Shown piece by piece: positions 7,869 to 14,959 of a stretch of 64,000 nt of DNA. The notes under the pieces are model-generated. The model did not search any database. It had not been told where the DNA came from and worked only from the letters and a program-made list of their open reading frames with translations. Every line of letters starts with the position of its first letter. Positions within the stretch are counted from its first letter, which is position 1. Made by a program: the position numbers and the translations under genes. Source of the stretch: a virus; IMG/VR virus record IMGVR_UViG_3300045921_000267, positions 5,100-69,099 of that record; one strand, 5' to 3'.

Positions 7869-8900
7869 CTACAGGCGCGGGACCCACGTCACCGCGCGGG
7901 TGACGATGCTCGCGTTCTGCTCGCGAGTGAGTGAGCCCGCGTCATAGCCTGGTGGCGGAGCGCAGATCCTCACTTCCGCGTGCGCTGAAAGCTCACGCGC
8001 GATCGCTTCAGCGCTCGCCGCTTCGTCCGCCCCGTGATCGAGATAGATGGTGAATCGCTGCGCACGCATTCTCTTCAGTCGTTCGAGCTTCACGGGTCCA
8101 GCGACTTTGCCGAGCAGCGCGACCGCGTGCACGCCAACTTTGATCGCGTCGATGGGCCCCTCGCAGATCACGACATGAGGCTCGACACTCGCGCGCTCGT
8201 AGTTGAAAAGCACCTCGTGTGCCTGCACATCGTCACTCGATCGGATCAACGGATTGATGCTCTTCACGTAACCAGTACGTGCACGCCACTCGCGCTCTTG
8301 CTCTTTCGTGAGACCCGATGGAGGGTCCCACGTCGCACGCGCTTGCCAGTAGACAAGCGTGCCATCCATCCGACACAGAAAGACGATGCGATCTTTCGTT
8401 CGACCGGAGCGCCCGAACGCGAGGCCGAACTCGCGCACCATCGGCTCATCGATGCCGCGGCGCGCGAGGTATTCCCACGCGCGAGCGTGAGGCGCGCACG
8501 GCACGGTGAGGATCTCGGCACCATCTGGCCATGGCGACTGCGGCAAGCGGCGCACCGCAGGCTTCGGCGGCTCCATCGGCATAAGCGCCGACGAGAGCGC
8601 AGCCGCGTTTGAATCGCCGCCGATGTAACGCGAGATGAACCACTGCACCGCGCCAAGCTCATCGAGCTTCAGCACGTCGCGCACGAGCGCGAACGTGTCG
8701 AACCCTCGCTTGCACCCCCAGCAGATCCCCGCGCGCTTCTGCGCGTTGAACCGCAGGCGCGATGACGAACAGTGCGGACACGTGAAGAGCCACTCGTGCG
8801 ACATGGCGGAAAGGCTCTCCTTCCGGCCACCAACGGCGCGCGCAAATGGTGCGATCTGGAACGCCGCGACGGCGCGTTCAAGTCGATCATTCGTCGTCAT
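7869..8900 (-). CDS. DNA primase (Zn finger + TOPRIM)
   Basis: CPHC...CWGC zinc finger, YLARRGI, RIVF, YWQAR, ICEGPIDAIK, AVALLGK, IYLD. Confidence 0.9.
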   Translation of the reverse strand: MTTNDRLERAVAAFQIAPFARAVGGRKESLSAMSHEWLFTCPHCSSSRLRFNAQKRAGICWGCKRGFDTFALVRDVLKLDELGAVQWFISRYIGGDSNAAALSSALMPMEPPKPAVRRLPQSPWPDGAEILTVPCAPHARAWEYLARRGIDEPMVREFGLAFGRSGRTKDRIVFLCRMDGTLVYWQARATWDPPSGLTKEQEREWRARTGYVKSINPLIRSSDDVQAHEVLFNYERASVEPHVVICEGPIDAIKVGVHAVALLGKVAGPVKLERLKRMRAQRFTIYLDHGADEAASAEAIARELSAHAEVRICAPPPGYDAGSLTREQNASIVTRAVTWVPRL

Positions 8901-10266
8901 CACCGTTGCCCTTCTTCCTCTTCCTCCGACCCTCTTCCTTGAACTCGATCTGCTCCGCCGTGACACCGAGCTTCATGCGCTCGATGTCGTTCGTGAGTCG
9001 CCAAAGAAAGCCCATCGGGTTGTCGCGATGCATCTCCGCATAGAAGCGTGAGATGCCCTTCTCACGTTCGGCGCGCGTCGAGTTCAGCGAGCCCACGAAG
9101 TCCACGATGCGGATCTTCGCGTACGCGTCAGCGATCTTCGCCGCGCGGATCACGTGCTCATGCTCATCCGCATCTTCCTTCGGACGCTGCGTCTGCGAGA
9201 CCGTATGCGTGACAAGCGACCAGTTCAGCGTGAGTCGCTTCAAATCCCGCGTCGCATCAAGTTGATGCTGCGTCTCGCTATCTACGCGCTTGTTGCGTGA
9301 GCGCATGAGATCCACGTAGTCACAGATCAACATCTTCGGCTTGAATCCGCGCGCCGCGAGCGTCTTCAGCTCGCTCTCGATGTCGAGAGCCGTGACGTCC
9401 CAATCTGTCATCGCGCGGATCACGAGCAAGCCGCGCAGCCTCCGGTATTCATCGATCATGTCGCGGTAGAGCGACGGCGTGATCGAGCCTTTGCGCACTT
9501 CCGTATAGAACTCGCCGGAGAAGCGGGTGTCGTAGCGCGCCTCCGTCTGCTCGCGCTTGCCTTCGAGCTGGATGTGCAGAACGGGCTCGCGGTGCATGCG
9601 CAAGCATCGGAATCCCTCGTTGATGAGCCACGTGCTCTTGCCCGCCTTCGCGTAGCCCTGCACGAGCCACACTTCGCCCTCGACGGCACCCCCACCACAC
9701 GCATCATCAAGCGGTCCGATCCCCGTCGAATAGACGTGTTGAAAGCCCGTCGCGTTCTTGATGATGCGTTGCTTGTGGCGAGTCTCGAACTCCTCGAAGA
9801 AGAACGATCGGTTCTCGTCCTCGAACGTCACCTCGCGGATCCGATCGAGCGCGCGCTGCGTCACATCGTACGCCTCGATCGGCTTGCCCGCGTTGTACAG
9901 ATCCTGCGCCTGCTTGTGTGCCTGCGCGAAGACCGATCGCTTGCAAAAGTCGGCGAGCGCTTCGCGGATGTACGCGTGCTCCGTCACGTAGGTGATCGAC
10001 GTGATGGCGTCGATCTCATTCGAGTAGCTCGTGACGTTCTCAGGCTCGACGAAACGCAGCGCATCGCGCAACGGCACGTCGGTCATGCGCACCATGTACT
10101 TCTGCCAATACGCGTTCATCGTCGTCCAGACCCAGCCAAGCGGACGAGTCGTGAAGTACGACGCATCGACGTGCTTGAACGCACGTACTGCGAAGCCTTC
10201 GTCTAACATCGCGAGACGTGCGATCGATCGCTGGAACGCGACGTCGAAAGGGAAAGCTGCCGACAC
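8887..10266 (-). CDS. DnaB-like replicative helicase
   Basis: STGIGPLD, Walker A GYAKAGKS, IQLEG, LICDYVDLM, TVSQTQR; adjacent to primase. Confidence 0.9.
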   Translation of the reverse strand: MSAAFPFDVAFQRSIARLAMLDEGFAVRAFKHVDASYFTTRPLGWVWTTMNAYWQKYMVRMTDVPLRDALRFVEPENVTSYSNEIDAITSITYVTEHAYIREALADFCKRSVFAQAHKQAQDLYNAGKPIEAYDVTQRALDRIREVTFEDENRSFFFEEFETRHKQRIIKNATGFQHVYSTGIGPLDDACGGGAVEGEVWLVQGYAKAGKSTWLINEGFRCLRMHREPVLHIQLEGKREQTEARYDTRFSGEFYTEVRKGSITPSLYRDMIDEYRRLRGLLVIRAMTDWDVTALDIESELKTLAARGFKPKMLICDYVDLMRSRNKRVDSETQHQLDATRDLKRLTLNWSLVTHTVSQTQRPKEDADEHEHVIRAAKIADAYAKIRIVDFVGSLNSTRAEREKGISRFYAEMHRDNPMGFLWRLTNDIERMKLGVTAEQIEFKEEGRRKRKKGNGDDDE

Positions 10267-10293
10267 GAGCGGTCTATACCCGATGGTACTTCT

Positions 10294-10884
10294 TCAGCGA
10301 GACCGAGCACGCCTCACGTGCTCGGGAGCCTGCGCGATCTTGCCAAGGCGCAGCGCGATCACATCGAAGCCCTCACGCTCGTTCAGACGCTTCGCGCACG
10401 AAGCCGCACGCGGGCAAGCAGGACACCACTTCGAGAACGGATGATAGCCGCCAGAAAGGTTGATCTGCGCTTCACAGAGATCGGTGCGCCCATTCACGAG
10501 GTAGTCGCGCCGCACCGCCTCGTTGCCACTGTTGACGGAGATGAGTTCACGCTCGAACTGAGTGTCCATGAGCTTCTTCTGCGCGCTCTCCCACGACATG
10601 CGCTGGACCATCGTATGGTAGCGTGTGAGCAGCGCTTCGCTCGCCATCGACTGCAAGCTCGGGCGCGCACGAGACCCACGACCTACGCGCACGACACGGA
10701 AGCGGAGCCACATGAAGAGCTTCGGCTGCTCGACATGGTGCTCTCGACACCACCGGAGGAACGAGGATGCAGCGTTCCACGCGCCGCGTGACCGCGTGTA
10801 GCCGCCGAGACCTCCTGCAAGGCGATCAAACTCATCGAGTACTTCTTGCACCGTGGTCTCCTTCTCGTTCATCTCCGCGTGCAT
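10294..10884 (-). CDS. hypothetical protein with C-terminal Cys cluster
   Basis: GAGGAGG RBS; YHPFSKWCPACPRAASC; inside replication module. Confidence 0.7.
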   Translation of the reverse strand: MHAEMNEKETTVQEVLDEFDRLAGGLGGYTRSRGAWNAASSFLRWCREHHVEQPKLFMWLRFRVVRVGRGSRARPSLQSMASEALLTRYHTMVQRMSWESAQKKLMDTQFERELISVNSGNEAVRRDYLVNGRTDLCEAQINLSGGYHPFSKWCPACPRAASCAKRLNEREGFDVIALRLGKIAQAPEHVRRARSR

Positions 10885-10893
10885 GCTTCCTCC

Positions 10894-12330
10894 TCAGAGA
10901 CTGACAACCTGCGTGCCGATGCGTGTCTCGGCGAAGATCCGACGCCCCGCGGCGTGACGCTTCAGCGTCTCGGTGCCGTGGTTGTCGTGGAAGTCATAGA
11001 TGAGCCCGACGCTCTTGCCTTCGCACGCAGTGAGCGGGCGGAAGTACGACTGCATCATCTGCACGCTGGCGTCGCCGCCCGCGGCGTAGATGAGCGCGCT
11101 CGCCCGCGGAAGATCGACGCCTTCACCGATCACGCTCGTGCCGATTAGCACGTAGCCCTCGCCATCTGCGAAGCGCTTCACGGCTGCACTTGTGAGAGCA
11201 CCTTCGCCTCCCTTCACGACGACGCTCTCAGGGATCATCTGCCCGAGCAAGTCGGCGTGCGCGCGACGCTTCACGAGCACGATCGTCGGGATTCCGTTCT
11301 GATTTCCGATCGCGTGCGCGATCTGCGCAACGCGTGCGTTGCGACCCTCGTGCTTCACGATGCCGTCCTCGTAGGCTTCATCCCACGAGGTACCAGGCAT
11401 CAACCGCGCGCCTGGTACTGGAGCGAACACGATGCGCGGAGGTGCGAGGTAGCCTCCGCTAACGAGTTCTTTGATCTCGATCTTGCGCAGCACCTGCGAG
11501 CACACTGCGGCCATCGCGAGATCGTCTCCCGCAGTGCGAAAGTGCGTACCCGTGAACATGAGCCGGTAGTACGCCTCGGACGCAAGTTCGGAGATGCGAT
11601 GATATGTCTCTGCCGCAGCGTGATGGAACTCGTCGATCACAAGCACGAGGCGCGTCTTCCACCACGCATCAGGTTGCTTCGCCGCACTCGATGCCGTCGC
11701 GACGACAATCGGCTTCGTGATGTCCTTCTCGCTCGGCTTCGCGTCACCATCAAGCCTCGCCACAAAGTCAGGGCTCCACATCTTGCAAAAGACCTCGTAG
11801 GTCTGCCTCACGATCTGCAAGCTAGGCGCGACATAGACAGTTGGCAGTGCGATCGTGTCGATGGCGCGCGCAGCCATGAGCGTTTTGCCGGAGCGAGGTG
11901 GAGCGTCGATCACACCTGTGCCGTACGTGATGATGCGCTTGTGCACTTCGTCTTGGTACGGACGCCACGCCGCACGCACGCTCCACCACGGGATGTTGTC
12001 TTCAGGACGGACGCGAATGTCGTGAAGCTCGCACGGCACGCCGTGATGCTTCGCGAGTGCGAGCACGTACGGCGTCAAGCCGGCAGGTACACGGTTGTCA
12101 GAACGCACGAGCGAGCCCCACGGCATCCCCTCGTGGATGAAGACTTCGCCGAAGCGAGTCTCACGAGCGCGACGTTCCGCTGCGTCGTTCGTCGGCGCGA
12201 GTGGGATCGCTAGCTGCCGGCGGATCGCCGCGATGAAGCTCAACGGCGCACCGTGGATCTCGCTAAACGCGTTGCCTCGCCAGACTTGCACGATCGTCGA
12301 TCTACCCGATGCTCGTGACGAGCCGATCAA
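10894..12330 (-). CDS. SF2 DExH helicase (UvsW/Res-like)
   Basis: WRPYQ Q-motif, APPRSGKT, IDEFHH, FTGT, EGVDLP, QSYFRPL. Confidence 0.9.
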   Translation of the reverse strand: MIGSSRASGRSTIVQVWRGNAFSEIHGAPLSFIAAIRRQLAIPLAPTNDAAERRARETRFGEVFIHEGMPWGSLVRSDNRVPAGLTPYVLALAKHHGVPCELHDIRVRPEDNIPWWSVRAAWRPYQDEVHKRIITYGTGVIDAPPRSGKTLMAARAIDTIALPTVYVAPSLQIVRQTYEVFCKMWSPDFVARLDGDAKPSEKDITKPIVVATASSAAKQPDAWWKTRLVLVIDEFHHAAAETYHRISELASEAYYRLMFTGTHFRTAGDDLAMAAVCSQVLRKIEIKELVSGGYLAPPRIVFAPVPGARLMPGTSWDEAYEDGIVKHEGRNARVAQIAHAIGNQNGIPTIVLVKRRAHADLLGQMIPESVVVKGGEGALTSAAVKRFADGEGYVLIGTSVIGEGVDLPRASALIYAAGGDASVQMMQSYFRPLTACEGKSVGLIYDFHDNHGTETLKRHAAGRRIFAETRIGTQVVSL

Positions 12331-12965
12331 CTTCGCGCAGAATGCACCTTGCCCCGCACGTTCGGTTCGTCGTCGCCCTGCGCCTCGTCGTCGTTGGGTA
12401 TCGCATCCTCCCCGGACGTGCGGGGCTTCTTCATCATGGAGACCTCCGCCTCAGCCCACGCCTTCACGAAAGCGATCCGATCCTTCGTCGGGAGGTCGCG
12501 GTAGCTCGCGTCTGGATCCTTCAACATCTTGCGCGTGTGCTTCGTGAGTGCGCGCTTCGCGCGCTGAAGCCACTCGTCCGCGAAGAACGACTCCGTGGAT
12601 CCTTCGCCGCGCTCCGGGTGAGTGCTCACGAGCCCGCCGAGCTTGTAGACTGGGATGGACGAGCGCCACGAGATCATCCCGTGGACTTCGATCCAACCAT
12701 GGTCGCGTAGCTGCGCGATATGCCGTCGGATGCTGCGGTCGCTGTAGTCGAGGAAGTCGGCGATCTCCGCTTGCGAGAGTGAGCACACGAGATGTCCGCT
12801 TGCGTAGAGTTCGGCGAGCCGTCCTCCACGAAGGCCACGATCATCACGACATACGTGCCGACGCAACACGTCGTAGACCGCGAGCGCCTCCGCGCCGATG
12901 ATGCGAGGAACGCCCATGTCTACCGAAAGAAAGAAGTGGGGCACGTAGAACCCGAGGTCGGCCAT
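12327..12965 (-). CDS. winged-helix replication initiator-like protein
   Basis: Start MADLGFY; ALAVYDVL...SLSQAEIADFLDYSDRSIRRHIAQLRDHGWIEV HTH; heads the helicase/primase module. Confidence 0.75.
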   Translation of the reverse strand: MADLGFYVPHFFLSVDMGVPRIIGAEALAVYDVLRRHVCRDDRGLRGGRLAELYASGHLVCSLSQAEIADFLDYSDRSIRRHIAQLRDHGWIEVHGMISWRSSIPVYKLGGLVSTHPERGEGSTESFFADEWLQRAKRALTKHTRKMLKDPDASYRDLPTKDRIAFVKAWAEAEVSMMKKPRTSGEDAIPNDDEAQGDDEPNVRGKVHSARS

Positions 12966-13039
12966 GTCGTGCTCTATACACGATGAAAAGTCGGTCGTGC
13001 TGGTCCGGTCGCAAGGGCGGGGCCCTTCGATCTCGGTTT

Positions 13040-13140
13040 CCTTTCTTTGGGAAGAGAAGATCCGAACGTAGTGAGGATCTTCTCTTCTTTCCGTAGGACA
13101 AATTTGTCCGGGGGGTGCGGACAAATTTGTCCGGGGGTCA
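13040..13140. promoter_or_regulatory. putative replication origin or initiator operator (tandem palindromic iterons)
   Basis: GGACAAATTTGTCC perfect palindrome twice (13096-13109, 13119-13132), each followed by a G-run, next to AT-rich purine/pyrimidine tracts. Confidence 0.6.
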
Positions 13141-13150
13141 GGATGCACGC

Positions 13151-13506
13151 TCAATTTGCGAACGCGACTGCGAGAGCCACGGCTGCCCCGGTCGCCACGA
13201 GCGCGCCGACCGCGAACCACAACGGCGGGCTTTCGTACCATTCGCGCGTTGCGCTCCTCCGGCTGCGCTCGATCTCCGCGACGAGTTCGGAGATGCGGTC
13301 GCGCAAGAGCCCCTCGCGCAGTGTGAGTCTTCGTGCGCCATCAATTGCCCGGTGAACGGCGCACGGTCTCCCTGCCGGAGCAGGATGGGCTCAGGCAGTT
13401 GCACTGACGGAATTGCGTCTTGCGCGTAAGCGGCCCTAGCAGGCGCTAGGACGGCCGCGAGCACGAGGAGCATGGGGGTAGCCACTGCTTCACGGAACGC
13501 CTCCAC
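13151..13506 (-). pseudogene. frameshifted exported/spanin-like protein (signal peptide, coiled coil, C-terminal TM)
   Basis: Frame 1: signal peptide ...ARAAYA-QD..LRQGDRAPFTGQLMAHED; continues in another frame from ~13328 as LTLREGLLRDRISELVAEIERSRRSATREWYESPPLWFAVGALVATGAAVALAVAFAN*. Confidence 0.6.
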
Positions 13507-13543
13507 GGGGCCTCTCCGTGGCGGGAATCGGCCCTTCTGAACC

Positions 13544-13918
13544 CTAGCGCCGCCCCGCGTCTCTTAGCCGGCGGTTGAAGTCGCGGATGAACGCATCCGC
13601 GGCTTCGGGACCTCCCTCGCGCGCGGCTTCGTACTTCAGCCGTTGCGCTGCATCGAACGCCGCGATCTCCGCGGCGTGCTCGCGCTCAATCCGAGCGAGT
13701 TCTGCTCGTGCGTGTTGCGTTGCCGCGTCGAGACGATCCGCGATCGCGCGCTCTCCAGGACCAGCGTCGATGTCGGTCACGATTGGTAACGGACTCGGAG
13801 GCGTGCAGCCGCGCCCGATGAAGAACGCGATCACGACCGCGAGCACGAGCACCGCGACACCGCCGACGACGGCGAGCGCCACGGTGAAGCCTTCACGTGT
13901 TGGAGTCTTGTAACCCAT
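13544..13918 (-). CDS. putative inner-membrane spanin-like protein
   Basis: Single N-terminal TM followed by Ala-rich coiled coil; within a membrane-protein cassette after the tail genes. Confidence 0.5.
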   Translation of the reverse strand: MGYKTPTREGFTVALAVVGGVAVLVLAVVIAFFIGRGCTPPSPLPIVTDIDAGPGERAIADRLDAATQHARAELARIEREHAAEIAAFDAAQRLKYEAAREGGPEAADAFIRDFNRRLRDAGRR

Positions 13919-13963
13919 CACGTCACCAGTTCTCCGCAACACACGAGGTGTCCGCGCTCGCCA

Positions 13964-14449
13964 TCAATGGCGCGCCGCGGTGCCGTCGTAGGCGGCCTCT
14001 TCAAGGTGGTTGCCCCGGTACGGATTCTCGCCGCGAAGTCACGCGACGAGCATGCCTGCGCCGTAGATGGCCCACGGCAGCAGAATCCACACGAGCAGCG
14101 CTGCGATCCACGTCCACGCGAGCAGCACGAGCGCGAGCATGAACGCCGCGAGGCAGTTCGCCTCGAACTGCTCGACGTGGATTCGTTCGTGGAAGAGCGT
14201 GCGCGCGATCGACGCTTCAGAGTGAGCACCGTTCAACAAGATCCCGTGCCCGATGCACGTGCCTCCCCACTTCACGTACCACGTGCGCACGGGCCACGAG
14301 CCCGGTGCGAAGCGAGTCGTGAGCGAGCCATCGATCCATTCGAGATGCGAGCCCCACACGACGCGCACGAAGAGCACCACGAGCCAGCCGACGAGATCAT
14401 TCGGCAACGTGGCGACGTAGAGGCAGTAGCGGGTCCAGGGCTTCAGCAC
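13964..14449 (-). pseudogene. membrane-associated HExxH (zincin-like) protein interrupted by an in-frame TGA
   Basis: FHERIHVEQFE; TGA at 14041-14039 is followed in frame by LRGENPYRGNHLEEAAYDGTAARH*, which carries the typical distal Y..N..E..AY motif. Confidence 0.6.
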
Positions 14450-14895
14450 GATCCCTCCTCCAGGTCACCGTCTCGCGTTTCCACATTCGAGCGTCGCGTC
14501 GGCGTGTTGCTCGACCCTCCGAGACGATGCGCCCAATCGGCGAAGAATCCACCCATGCGGTCACCGAACGTGATGATGAACTTACGGATCGTCTTCACGG
14601 TGAGTTCGTACGCAACCATCGTGAGCGCGCCGAGCCCCGCGCCGGAGATCACGCGATTCGTGATCGTACTACTGACGCCATCGAAGAGCGGCACGTCCAC
14701 GACGATGGCGAACACCGCTGCGCACACGAAGATCGGATGGTACGCCTTCGTGACGTAGTAGACGCCTCGCCAGCCTTGATCGCCGCCCTTCGCTGCGATC
14801 AGTTTCTGCACCATCTCGCCGATCGCGCCCACGACGAGCATGATCGCGAGGTACGAGATGATGACGAGCGTGTTGTGGTCGAGCGCGAGCGACAT
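14443..14895 (-). CDS. putative holin (multi-TM small membrane protein)
   Basis: Three hydrophobic segments, charged C-tail, GGAGG RBS, position after tailspike. Confidence 0.5.
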   Translation of the reverse strand: MSLALDHNTLVIISYLAIMLVVGAIGEMVQKLIAAKGGDQGWRGVYYVTKAYHPIFVCAAVFAIVVDVPLFDGVSSTITNRVISGAGLGALTMVAYELTVKTIRKFIITFGDRMGGFFADWAHRLGGSSNTPTRRSNVETRDGDLEEGSC

Positions 14896-14959
14896 GACGA
14901 GACCTCCGAGATACCTGCGATCGTAGCAGGCACTTCGGAGGTCTCCGAAAGCGCGATGA

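Noticed and set aside
12966-13241. N-terminal extension of the HTH gene given in the ORF track
   Set aside because: It runs through the iterons and the end of the upstream gene; ATG 12965 is the more plausible start.
14039-14041. Genome-wide TGA-to-Trp or TGA-to-Sec recoding
   Set aside because: Most genes end in TGA, often in ATGA/GTGA overlaps, and use TGG for Trp; only this one internal TGA was noticed.
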